Counted from the stretch's first letter, positions 49,933-62,880 are shown. The stretch: DNA of 64,000 bases from Basidiobolus meristosporus CBS 931.73 (GCA_002104905.1 MCFE01000176.1:78724-142723), one strand, 5' to 3'. A program made the numbers and translations. Notes: generated from the letters alone by a model not told the origin.

Positions 49933-50016
49933 GATACGATGGTACTAGGCCTCGCTGAGTGAAAGATACGATGGTACTAGGCCGCGTTCGAGTCAAAGAT
50001 ACGATGGTACTAGGCC
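49933..50016. repeat. Three copies of GATACGATGGTACTAGGCC with 32-33 bp period
   Basis: Copies at 49933, 49965 and 49998; the third contains the stop codon of the adjacent gene. Confidence 0.9.
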
Positions 50017-50665
50017 TCGTTTGTGTTTTCCTCCGGCTTAGGCTCCGTTCCATCCATAGATTCGATGATACCAGCCCGAACTAGCACTATAAAGGTGATG
50101 ATTGGGGTGGTGAAAATTCCCATCAGTCCTGCGTAGACTGCCTTGAATATCTGAGGTGTTGGCCAATGGTTGAACGTGAACTCCGGCCCAGGCCCGGTCC
50201 AACACCAGCCATGATTCCTACACCAATTGGCCAGAACACCACGAATATAGGGAAGCAGTAGATAAAACCACGCAAACAGTCATGTATCAGCCTGGTCAAA
50301 AACTTGGTATTGCGATGGCCTTCGACATCTAGGAACCACCGGAATACTGAGTTTTTGGGATGGTAACCACGAATAGGCGTGATGATGCCTCGCTTGAGAT
50401 CGCCGTTGGTCGCCAGTGTGTCCAACACCCAGGTCAGGATGGTTTGTATAATTATGGTCACTCCAGCATCACCAGCAATGGTGTTATTCTTGAGAGACCA
50501 CAGTTGAACTGGATTATCCGAGGTCTTATACATGGCGGTTGCAATACCGAAATTGATTCCAGCATCTAGGATCCCCGCTCCTATCGAATGCATTACAGCC
50601 AGATAGAGTATATGTTTGCGAGTCAAAATCATTCGTAGAGGAACGGATGGCACTTCAGGGTACAT
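50010..50665 (-). CDS. Uncharacterised fungal multi-pass membrane protein, with an apparent 1-nt frameshift at ~50188
   Basis: ORF 50665-50123; adding one G to the G-run at 50189-50187 continues into PEFTFNHWPTPQIFKAVYAGLMGIFTTPIITFIVLVRAG, ending TAG at 50010. Confidence 0.7.
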
Positions 50666-51320
50666 AGTATCCTCGACAAAGTAAGAGAGGAGAAGATTTC
50701 TGTTACCAAAGTCCTCTTTAAAGTGGGCGTTGCTGTTGAATACACGTTGCTATATGATTGCACGTATCTGGAGAAAACGCAGGAGGATACACGTTGCAAT
50801 ACGGTCACACGTATCTGGAGAAGAAGCAGGAGAAGGGATTTGAGTAAATGGAGCAGCAGTACTACTGGAGTAGACCAATTTCAATGATTTAAATTGGATT
50901 GCACAGGCACTTCATTCGCTCTTATCGAAGAAATTTTAGAAATCTACTGATCCTCAGTTCCTTTCAATTAAAGCATATTTGGTTAACCTGAGGAAATTGC
51001 CATCATTTTCAGAACCAATGCAAATCGAGCATATTACATCACATGCATTAGTCAGGAGCCAAACATTCCCGTTTCAGGACGCACATTCAAGTGATAATAT
51101 ATTGAGTCTATCATTCTGGAGGGGGAGCCAATCACTGTGACAACGATCAGGATTTGATAGTTATACTAGGAGCGGTTGTACGATTCTTATTTCCGAGGTG
51201 CTTTTTATGGATAATACTCGGGTGGTGTAAACCCTCAGTGTGGCGGTTAACAATGGCGGTTAACAACGGCGCTTAACAATGACAAGAATATAGGAAATAC
51301 ATGCTGAAACAAATGTCTGC

Positions 51321-53003
<1,683 letters not shown>

Positions 53004-53240
53004 TGTGTAAGTATTTTCCCCCCAAAAGATGGATAAAACGCTGAGATAACCTAATGCTAGATCACGTTACCGCAAACATTAACTGTAGTTAGGAATCAGT
53101 CAGGGTCAGAGTCAGGGTGATGGCAGGAGTTGGCTTTCCAAATACACTTTCCAAATACGGTACACAAACCGTCCAAAATGAATATTTGAAACCGGCTACT
53201 ATATTCGTTCACCACATCAATTAATTATTAAACCTGATAA

Positions 53241-53314
53241 TCTCCACTTGTAGCGTTACATTATTAGCACTCTCCACTTGTAGCGTTACATTATTAGCAC
53301 TCTCCACTTGTAGC
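53241..53314. repeat. 30-bp tandem repeat (2.5 copies) at the gene-block/subtelomere boundary
   Basis: TCTCCACTTGTAGCGTTACATTATTAGCAC twice exactly, plus a partial copy. Confidence 0.95.
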
Positions 53315-53329
53315 ACCTGTTATCCAGTG

Positions 53330-55790
53330 CCTTGCTTGTTATATTCATATGAGTATCTAAAACTTGCCTACTGCCATTCCTTGCACAAATGCTCTTGGGG
53401 TCTTCCTAAGCATATTTCACATGCTTGTTTTGCCAAGTCCAGGAAAATGCATTAATGCTGCTTTTACATTCAATAGATAATCAAGTGAAAACTGTTGCAA
53501 ATGTTATAATTACACTCAAATACTCACCTAACTTGGTCACTTATATCATTACCTAAAAATCTTAGAGAATTCTGACCAAATTCCTTGTCAGGACTTGAAA
53601 TATTTTCACCAAAATATGCAGGTACCCAGATCATGAGATTTTGTTAAGTTGTCCAAGCAGCCCCAAGCTTTGTGCACATGCTCTTGAGACCTTCCTTAAC
53701 ATATTCTACATGTTTGTCTCTCTAAGTCATGTAAATGAGTAAATACTGTTGTAAGAGTCTTGGAGATATTGATTGAGAGCAAGTAATTATGTGTTTCACT
53801 TAATGATTTATTGATGTAAAGTATATTTATACTTTTACTGTCTTGCATTACAAACGTAGAATAGTAAGAAGTCCAAGAACATGTTGCAAAGTTTGTTTGA
53901 CAACTTATCTAATTTCATGTTCTGTAAATATTCTAAGTAAATCCGACAAGATTTGTCAGTATTTCTAGATTTGAAGTAATGATCTAAGTGACTAAGTTAG
54001 TGAATATTTAGTGAAATACGAATTTTACAACAAATACTACTTTTACATTCAATATATTACTAAGTGAAAACCACATAATCTACTTGTTCTCCCATTCACT
54101 TCTGATATCTCCAAAGCTCTGCATCTACAACAAACCACTCATATACTGTAAGTTTCTACTTAACTTACTACTAGGTGATGAATTCTAAACCTAACACCTA
54201 GTTTGCAAGATATTGGCTAATTCTTGGAATTAGGGAAGGCATGCAAGTTATCAATACTCTCAAGTCCATTGAAAGGTGTCAAGGCTTTGGACAGCTTCCT
54301 AAAGCCTTTTGCAAAGCATTCACATTACTAGTCTTACAAAGCATTCCTACATGCACAAGCACTGTATCTGACCTCAGTAAAACCAAGTGCTTATTTTGTG
54401 GCTCTTATTATTCTCTAAATGGATGTAAGAGTTTTGGAGATATCAGAAGCAACTGGGAGAACAAGTAGATTAATATTTGGTATACTCTAAATGATTTGCT
54501 GAAAGCAAAAGCTATTTGGAATGCACTAAATGTCTCATCCAATGTAGGAGTGGTATAAATGACACAACATAGTCCTGGCAAAATCAGCATTTAGAATATG
54601 CTGAGAAAGGTCCTAAGATCATGTGTGCAATGTTTAAGGCTATGTGGACAGCTTTGAAGCTTTTCATGCTATTTTAGTACTATATCATGTGGTAAATTTT
54701 GTAATTGGGCTTGACTATTCACATAGCTTAGTCATTTGGATCAAAGTCTGCAACCCTAGAGTAATGTGCCCAAATTCCTTGTTGGGATTTACTTGGAATA
54801 TTTCCACTAAAATATCATGCACCCAGAACATTAGAAATCTCAAAGTTGTCCAAACTGCACCAAGCCTTCCATAAATGCTCTTGGTATCTTCCTAAGCATA
54901 CTCAACATATTTGCATTGCCAAGAGCATGTAAAAGTATTAACACTATTTCTACATTAAATGTATCATTGAGGGGAAGCCACATAAGCTACTGGTTCTCCC
55001 AACCACCTCCAATAGCTCCAAAACTCTTATAGCATATTTGATGTATATTCCTACAAAAAGTTCAGGCACTATACTCTAGAGTTTGTATACTTTGATCCAA
55101 ATAACTAAGCAATGTGCATATTGAAGTGTAATTACTAAATCTGCAGCACTGAATACTTATAACATATTGCCTCCCTAACAAATACTCTACTAAGCTAACT
55201 TTATCATAATCACTGGCATAATATTCTAAGTCTTGATAACAATACTAAGATGTTCACTTACTCTGGTCTTGTAGATCATGGTCTATAATGCTTGGAGAGC
55301 CCTATCTGGACTCCCAGTCTGATTTTGCTGGATACCACAATGAAATACCAGGTGTCCAGTACATGCATAAGTGTCAAAATTGTCCAAGTAGCTGCATATT
55401 TAGCACATATGTTGTCAAAACCTTTGATAGGTAAGCTCTACTGTCAGAGCTTTGAGAATATAGCAGGCAATCTTGAAAACAAGTAGAATTAAGGTTTTAT
55501 ATAGTGATTTATTGAATGTAAAAGTAATATATATACTTTTACATGGTGATTGATAGAGAAGCACAAAGAACATGCACAGGAAGATCCCAAGACTATATGT
55601 GCAATGTTGGGGCTATTTGGGCTACCTTGCAACACTAGTTGCTCCAAGCACCTGAATGTCTTGGTGAAAATATTCTGAGCAGATCCCAACAAGGGATTTG
55701 GCCAGAATTCTCCAAGGTTTGTAGACTTTGATCTCAGTGACCTTGATAGATGAATCTTTAGGTGTGATTACAAAGTTCTCATGATATTCT
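53330..55790. mobile_element. Cluster of about 7 or more decayed copia LTR-A fragments in mixed orientation, plus an RNase H tail
   Basis: Repeated matches to LTR-A motifs (GGGAGAACAAGTAGATTATGTGG / CCACATAATCTACTTGTTCTCCC; GACCTTCC; ATTTTCACC). Confidence 0.8.
53747..54032 (-). mobile_element. Solo LTR-A nested in LTR-A, riddled with single-base deletions
   Basis: TGTTGT...ACAACA; TSD AATAC (53742-53746 / 54033-54037); 286 bp versus 349 bp for the intact copy. Confidence 0.8.
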
Positions 55791-56049
55791 CTGTGCTTAT
55801 TCTGCCATGACCATATAAAAATACTTATTTTACCTTCAAAAGATAATTGAGTGAGTACCACATAATACACTTGCTCTCAGAGTCACTTCTGATATTGTCA
55901 AATCTCTTTTAACACCTAATCCACCTTTGGTTGTTAGAATTAAATGCTCATTAATGTAAGATATGTTAGAAAATATAGCAGTCATACTGCTAGCCTGGCA
56001 CTTTGAGCTACCCTTTCCACACAATACAATGAATAAATCATATGTAAGT

Positions 56050-56520
56050 TCAGTACCAAGCAGAATAATTGACACTATTGGGGCAGGTGCAGCTAAACAA
56101 TAACTTCCTCCCTAAAGCCCCTGGTATATATATGAGCAAGATTGCAAATACCCCAACTGTAGCACACATAATAACTTTGCATAGCAGTTTAACTAATGCT
56201 GGTATATTTATGGCACTTGACACTCTCATATTTGCTTGAAGCTGCAGTAGGCCATGAGGGGGAAGCCAAGCCATTTTACAGATTAATTCCACTCACTTGG
56301 GCATACTGTTGCATGGCCAAAAAAAGCCAAAATACTCCAAAAAACCTGTGGATATTTAACAGGGGTGATGCTCAGCCCTGCAACAATGCCAGTAGAGTTA
56401 TGGATTTTAAGTAGACCACTAGAGGCAGCCAACTTAGGCTCAGACAATTGAACTTGCCTAACATAGCATGTGGAACATGATTTTAAGAAGTTGCAATTGC
56501 AAAGGACACCTCTCACTGCA
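56050..56520 (-). mobile_element. Possible pogo/Fot1 (DDE_1) transposase relic
   Basis: Weak resemblance of ..FLEY...WLPPHGLLQLQ to LPPHxSHxLQPLD; heavily degraded. Confidence 0.3.
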
Positions 56521-57247
56521 CTCTATTGCTAGAACCAAATGTTCCAAGAGCCTGTGAGTAGAATGCGACCAGTTATTTATCCCATACTATATTGTAAGAG
56601 TCAGCGAGTATAAAGCAGAGTACTTATTAGACAATAAACACACAACATAATCATTTGTTTCTTTAGAATTATACTAAAAGGCTGAAAAGTAGAGGATTTC
56701 GGGTGGTCCCCTTCAGATTGGTTGATATGTTGCTTGTAGCGGCCCAAAGTAAAGAGCCATAAGTTTATAGAAGGGTTGATGGCAAATCCTCAGCTAACAT
56801 TAACGCTACTATGCCAGTAACATGGGGACTAGCCGTACTGCTGACAAAGCATTAGCAGGTTATCTAAGGTTGCTCATTATTATTGAGACTTGGCAATCGA
56901 CTGTTACTCAATAGAACATCTTAGATTTACTACTGACTTGTGCTGTACCATCACTGTAGCTACAAATAGGACTCAAAAGTGGTGGGATTTATGGCCATTG
57001 CGGATCCATCATTGCCAAAAGCCACTATGATGCCTTTGCCATTCATGAGGTCATAAGTACAAATATAATGAAGGAATCAATCAAGCCCAAATCGGAGTTA
57101 ATCATGCCCAACCTAATCCACGACATCTGTAGTATATTCCAAATTATCATGGGCTTTCGTCCACTTGTGTTACAACGAAGTATAGCAGTTTGTTCGGGAA
57201 CATAACTGTAGTAATATAAATGCATTGTCCCTCACCAGTATTGCAGT

Positions 57248-57955
57248 ATGCGCACTCATCAAGTTGTATCCTCTTTTAGGAAATCGCGGCTATACGTCTT
57301 TACTGCCATTGTCATTGTTATCGCTACCACTGTGATCTTATTGGCATCTTCGTCTAACATAAGCGTCGAGCTACGTAAAGCGCTAGGTAGAGCAGATCCA
57401 AATTGGGATATTTGCGACAAGGGATCAGCTTCCGGCTGGAATAAGTCTATAGTGGTTTTAAACGGCAGACCTGAGTGGAATGGAGACTCCTGGAGTGACT
57501 TCAACGTTACACTATACAACCCAACTGCAGATTATCTTCACAAGGATATAGATCTTAGCTGGCCCTCTAGGGTCCTTAACACGTATGCAATAATGTTCAA
57601 TCAACAACTGAAGTTGAGTGCAGAGGACTACTTTGTCTTTATCGAGGATGACGTGATATTGACCGACAAGCAGAGGTTTATCATGGAAATTGAATGTTGG
57701 CTGGCCAGGTATTCCACTGAAGCTGATCTGGATTTTTACTCGCTTTTCAATGCTGACACCGCACACTCGATATACGACTGGGGCACACAGGCGTTTGTTA
57801 TATCCAGGAAAGGCCTAGTCCAGCTGTTGAACAACTATTATAAGGGCAAAGTACATCTTCCCATCGACATGTACTTCTCCATGACAAACAAAAGGTACAA
57901 GACAAAGGTTAAGATTGTCAACCATGTAGGATCTAGATACAAGCCTATCTGGTAA
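57248..57955 (+). CDS. Type II membrane glycosyltransferase, GT25-like
   Basis: N-terminal TM anchor; FIEDDV, WGTQAFVISRKG and LPIDMY motifs; intronless; TATAAAT at ~57215; CpG retained. Confidence 0.65.
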   Translation: MRTHQVVSSFRKSRLYVFTAIVIVIATTVILLASSSNISVELRKALGRADPNWDICDKGSASGWNKSIVVLNGRPEWNGDSWSDFNVTLYNPTADYLHKDIDLSWPSRVLNTYAIMFNQQLKLSAEDYFVFIEDDVILTDKQRFIMEIECWLARYSTEADLDFYSLFNADTAHSIYDWGTQAFVISRKGLVQLLNNYYKGKVHLPIDMYFSMTNKRYKTKVKIVNHVGSRYKPIW

Positions 57956-58960
57956 CTTAATAAAGAACGGTTCGATTTCTCGTATATTTTAAACGCTGTA
58001 ATGTTTGATTTGTGAGAACAAGTATTGTAGATATAGATCGGTGTTTGTATCTCCACGATTGAAACTGGCAATTTCTCCCTCACACCCTGATTTAGCAGTG
58101 TATTCTCATCTTGCGGAGAGATCCATCATCCAAATGTTACATAGAGTCGCATTCTAATCAATACAAAGCATATCTTGAAGTCTAGACATTGTCCCAACAC
58201 CTGAATAAACTGGTAGTTTTGAGTACGATTAAAAGATGTGCTACTCAATTTGTACACCATTGCTGATTTTGCATGCAATTTGTATGGAAGATTCCACGGT
58301 GCAACCCTGCACTGAAGGTAAGCAAGTGATGGGTGGAACCAAAGTGCTATGTTGATCATTGTAATTGTGGAGAAAAAACTGTGTCATAAGATCATAACCA
58401 AGTGAAATGCAAAGCTGAGTGGCAGTTTTATTAAGCTTCTTCAGAATATTTTGGACTAGATTAGAGATAGTCAGCATTTATGTCATAATATATCCTGAGA
58501 TAATATCTTGGTTAACTGGAAGTCAGAAATCAAGTCTGAAACAGATGCTTAGCACTGAAATGTGTTGCAAAAGGAATCAACTCTACCATATTATGTGAAA
58601 GGACAGCACTAGCTAAAATGTGGATGGAACATTGAATTTATTGATATTATCCCAATAACTGGGAAATCTATATATTCTGGAGAGCTGTTAAATGAGTATT
58701 TCTGCTAGGTTTGATATTTGATTCTTGCTTACATTTTCAACTAATGCTCCATGGGAAAATTATTTGAAGCCATATAAAAAAATTGCCAATTGTTGGCTAT
58801 CCATCAATACATAGTTACTATTTCAGTATGCTTGAGTAGCTCAATTGTCTCTATCATAAAATGCTTAGGATAGGCTATTGAAAGCTATACCTTGTATGGT
58901 CTGATGCTTATAATGTATCACTTGATAGTTAGCCCACTTGTATATTGCAAGCCATATTTG

Positions 58961-59335
58961 GAGTTGGGGGAAAAATCAAAAACTAGTGAAACCTCTGTAT
59001 CAGCTGAAGCAAAGAAGCCAGAACTACTGTTGTAGGCTTGATACAGTGTATGTAGATGAATGAACTTGGTAGGTACATTAATGAGAAGAAATGCAACTTG
59101 TTAATACTCAAGATGCTGTTCAGAGGGAAGAGAGCATAGCAGAAATGGTAAGAATGAGTTGTCATTAACATCTATAAGGTGAGCATGAGATGGGTTGCTA
59201 TTGATCACAAAGACAGTGTATTGCATCTGATACTGCTGCCAAAGGTCTGTCAAATACTTCTTGTAGGTCAACCATGTCTTTTCTGACTGCAGATAATAGT
59301 GCACAAGATTCCTTACTTTAGGGTCTCCAAGCAGA
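58961..59335 (-). mobile_element. Older, degenerate copy of the telomeric retroelement RT C-terminus and 3' module
   Basis: Homologous to 62881-63260 (KYLTDLWQQY; AAAGAAGCCAG.CTACTGTTGTAG); truncated by LTR-A. Confidence 0.8.
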
Positions 59336-59351
59336 AATCACCAGAAGGAAT

Positions 59352-60243
59352 TGTTGTAGAAATTTGTAAATCCACTTGAATATTCCCATAGCTTAGTCAC
59401 TTGGAACATTACCTACAAATCTTGGTAAATCCTTACCAAATTCCTTGTCTAGATTGAGTGAAAATTTGTTTACTAAAACTTCAGGTAATCAGAAAAAAGA
59501 GGTTTCAAACTTGCCCAAGCAGCTGAAAACTTTGCACACATGCTTGTGAACCTTTCTAAATATACTCTATGGGCTTGTTTTGCCAAGACCACATCAAAGT
59601 ATCAATACCACTTTTAAATTCAGTAAATCATAAAGTGAAGCCACATAATCTACTTGTTCTTCAAATCACTTCTAATATCTCAACAACTCATCCTACAGGC
59701 TATGCACCTTAAGCTGCAACTCTCTGCAATCTCTACTACTGCTATTACTGGAATTTTCCCTCTGCTGAAAATTTGGACTGATCTAACTACCAAGTTTGGA
59801 AGGTGAAGATGAAAATGCTGCTACAGGAGTGAGGCCTTTGGGCTATTGCTAAGGGAGAAGAATGCCCTCCTAAAAGCATAGAAGTGGAAGTCTTAAATTA
59901 CTAGTGGGAAGAACAAAGTGCCTCTGACTGCATTTGCCTTGATGTTATAGAAAAATTGCTAATTTAATACTCATGAGCAAAAGTAGCAAAAATCACACTG
60001 AAAGACATCAGAAGACACCTACCAATTATGATCAGCTGGTAAACAAGCTGTTTCTTAGATGAATATTTTGTACTGCACAGATGATGCTAACTGTTGTTTA
60101 CAAGAGAAAAGTATAATAAAACTCTTGACTGTTTCAACTGGACCAAAGAGAAAATTAAGTGCCAAATCTCAGAATTATCAGTGGGTGGCAGAAATATTAG
60201 CAGAAAGATTCTGGTTGAATATTAGTCTAAAATATACCTAGTC
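59352..60243 (+). mobile_element. Copia family A 5' LTR, degenerate PBS and gag fragment, broken at 60243
   Basis: LTR 59352-59697, then GGCTATGCACC and gag homologous to 17600-17300; ends abruptly at the telomeric module. Confidence 0.75.
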
Positions 60244-60465
60244 TTAGGGGGAGGGAAAGTCACCAAGGTAGGTGATATCTTTATTTGATTTCAGACAAGT
60301 CTAACTACAAATAAAGAAGCCAGCTGGGAATAGAAGATTCCCAAAGTAAACACTAAGTTGAATATGAATAAATCTAAGCTAAAGTTAAGGCAGTATCCCA
60401 GAGTACCCTGGAGTTCAGGTTCAAGGGGGAGTGAAGTAGATAAGCTTGAGAGATATAATAATCTT

Positions 60466-61101
60466 TCAGGAAGTGGGTAACAGCAGGTGAAGGGGAGTTT
60501 TCATAAGTGAAGTAAATCTTGAGAGCAGAGATTCCTCTAATGAGAAGGTCTTGTAAACTGGAGAATCAGGAAACTCTTTAAAGGCATGGTCAGTAGGTTC
60601 CCAGTAAAACTGGTTAGAGACATTTTGAGAGAACTGTTTAGCAATACTTTTGTCAAGTACTGCCTCCAGAGTGTGATGGTTGATAAATCTCATGTTAACA
60701 ATCTTGGATATATTGTAACCTTGTTGCTTGAGATACATCCTATGCTCAGATATAGGAATAAACTCCACATTGGCAAAGTAGCAGACAGCCCAGTCAGTAG
60801 CAGGAGGAAAATCAAAAGTGGCAGGAAACTTTCTTTTAGTCTTGGGAGGAGCAGCAGGATGTCTTGAGGAAGCAGGAACAGACTTTTTGACAGCTTCAGA
60901 GTAGGAAGAGTGAGCAGGAGCAGATGAATCTTGGGGAGTCTTGTTGGCAGGAAGAGTTGGCACAGGGACAATAGATTCTTGAAGATCAGAGAAGGCAGAG
61001 AACAGCTTTTGAACTTGTTTCTTGAGTAGAGCATTTTCAGCTTCAACAAGTGCAAGCCTTTCCTCAAGGAAGGAAATCTGAAGGGAATGGAGTGAAGACA
61101 T
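60466..61101 (-). CDS. Coiled-coil ORF1-like protein of the telomeric retroelement chain
   Basis: 211-aa ORF; N-terminal heptads (LEERLALVEAENALLKKQVQKL), SYSEAVKK, Pro/Lys-rich linker; flanked by two copies of the 3' module. Confidence 0.6.
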   Translation of the reverse strand: MSSLHSLQISFLEERLALVEAENALLKKQVQKLFSAFSDLQESIVPVPTLPANKTPQDSSAPAHSSYSEAVKKSVPASSRHPAAPPKTKRKFPATFDFPPATDWAVCYFANVEFIPISEHRMYLKQQGYNISKIVNMRFINHHTLEAVLDKSIAKQFSQNVSNQFYWEPTDHAFKEFPDSPVYKTFSLEESLLSRFTSLMKTPLHLLLPTS

Positions 61102-61620
61102 AAGAAATAAGAAGAAGAGGGTAGAATGGGGTGGGTGGGTGCAAAGATTAGCAGGGAGAAGAGAAGGGGTTAGGGGGAGGAAAGCCACCAAGTGGTGAAA
61201 TCTTTATTTTCTTATGACAAGTATCTAAAGAAGCCAAGTTAATCTGAAGTTATTCCTAGAAAGCTAGGTCTGAGAGATATCTTCCTGGTAAGCCAGGTCT
61301 GAGAGTTGAGAAGCTGAGTGATACTATATTTCCTAGTTAGCTAGGTCTGAGAGAGGTTTCCTGGAAAGCCAAGCCTGAGAAGTGAGAATCTGAGTATATC
61401 TGAGCTAAGTTATACTGGTTTGCGGTAACTGAATTGTGGCCGGAATGGCCAGTAGACTGGGGGAACTGAGAGGAATATCTGGGCAATCACTGGCCAAATT
61501 TACTAGGCAAATCCGGCCAATTAGCATTTCAAGGATTTCAGCCAATCAGAGCCTTTACTTTGCCCAATGGTTGATCAAGCCATCTCCCAATGAGCACACA
61601 TTAATTTATTAATAAAATTT

Positions 61621-61684
61621 TGCTGGATCCAGGATTTGAACCCACAACCATGGGTATGGAAGGGTTAGGGATGACCACAAGGCT
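61621..61684 (-). pseudogene. tRNA-like 3' half (T-arm, acceptor strand, TTTT) fused to CCCTAACCC
   Basis: Minus strand reads ..CCCTAACCC..GGTTGTGGGTTCAAATCCTGGATCCAGCA AAATTTT; no D-arm or anticodon arm. Confidence 0.45.
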
Positions 61685-62880
61685 TGTTGTAAGAGTCTTG
61701 GAGATATTGGAAGTGATTGGGAGAACAAGTAGATTATGTGGTTTTCACTTAATGATTTATTGAATGTAAAAGTAGTATTTATACTTTTACCTGGTCTTGG
61801 CATTACAAACACGTAGAATAGGTTATGGAAGGTCCCAAGAATATGTGTGCAAAGTTTGGGGCTGTTTGGACAACTTTGAGAATTTTCATGTTCTGGGTAC
61901 CTGGTATTTTGGTGAAAATATTCCAAGTAAATCCCAACAAGGAATTTGGTCAGTATTCTCTAGGATTTGAGGGTAATGATCTAAGTGACTAAGTTAGGTG
62001 AATATTTAGGTGGAATTACAAATTTTTACAACACTCCCACTCAGCTAAATGTTCATACTGACTAGTCCTAATTTTGACCTAAGATATTCAAACTTGTCTC
62101 TAGCTAATGGTTTGGTAAATATGTCTGCAATCATTTCATCTGTAGGACAGTAAACTAAGCTAACTAAGCTATTCTCTATAGCTTCACATATGAAATGATG
62201 TCTAATATCTATGTGCTTGGTTCTAGCATGAAAAGTTGGATTTCTACCTAATTGTATACATCCTTGATTATCTTCAAATAAAGTAATAGGCGTTTTTTGA
62301 CATAGGCCTAAATCTCTAAAAAGCTTTCTTAGCCACATTGCTTTTTTTGTAGCTTCACAGGCTGCCATATACTCTGCCTCTGTGGTGGAAAGTTCTACAG
62401 TTGGTTACTCTCTTGAATTCCATGAAATTGCTCCTTTACAGTAAAGAAAGGTGTATCCTGTGGTGGATCTTCTGTCTTCCAAATTTTGTCCCCAATCAGC
62501 ATCAGAGTATCCCACATGATCCTGTTCCAAATCCTTATTAGTGTATCTTAAGCAGATATCAGCAGTTCCTTTTAGGTATATAAAAATCCGCTTAACTGCT
62601 GCAATATGATCAGATCTATAGTTCTGATTATGTTGGCTGACAACCCCCACTGAATATGAGATATCTGGAGGTGTTCCAAGCATGATATACATCAGACTGC
62701 CAACCATAGATTGATAAGGAAAGTCAGGGCTTTCAGATGGCACCAAGCTCTCTTGATTTGGTTGAGTTTTGACCAAGTTAAGGTTTGTCTCCATTGGGGT
62801 AGCTGCTGGTTTACAGTCTTCCATTTTGTACTTCTTTAGTATATCTTGAATATACTTAGATTGACTTAGGGTGATAGTCT
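61685..62880 (-). mobile_element. Copia family A 3' part: RT end, RNase H, PPT, 3' LTR (61685-62033)
   Basis: GYSDADWG, FEDNQGC..HARTKHIDIRHHF, ADIFTKPL; PPT TTTAGCTGAGTGGGAG; 349-bp LTR TGTTGTAA...TTACAACA. Confidence 0.92.

Noticed and set aside
49933-50016. CRISPR-like repeat-spacer appearance
   Set aside because: Only three 19-bp repeats, spacers of 13-14 bp that resemble each other, no cas genes, eukaryotic context.
50741-51281. Short local duplications (47-bp pair at 50741-50835, 13-bp triplet at 51241-51281; also 38059-38116 and 43619-43651)
   Set aside because: Ordinary slippage duplications in intergenic DNA with no further structure.
58250-58960. Possible hAT transposase relic downstream of the glycosyltransferase
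   Set aside because: Only vague motif resemblance through multiple stops; not supportable without a profile search.
61240-61420. Hammerhead ribozyme in the telomeric element repeats, as in Penelope/terminon pLTRs
   Set aside because: No CTGANGA...GAAA core with flanking stems found by eye on either strand; an Infernal search would be decisive.
61621-61684. Functional tRNA gene or telomerase RNA
   Set aside because: No D-arm or anticodon stem and no 5' acceptor strand. Known fungal telomerase RNAs are long Pol II transcripts, and a 9-nt template-like match is insufficient.
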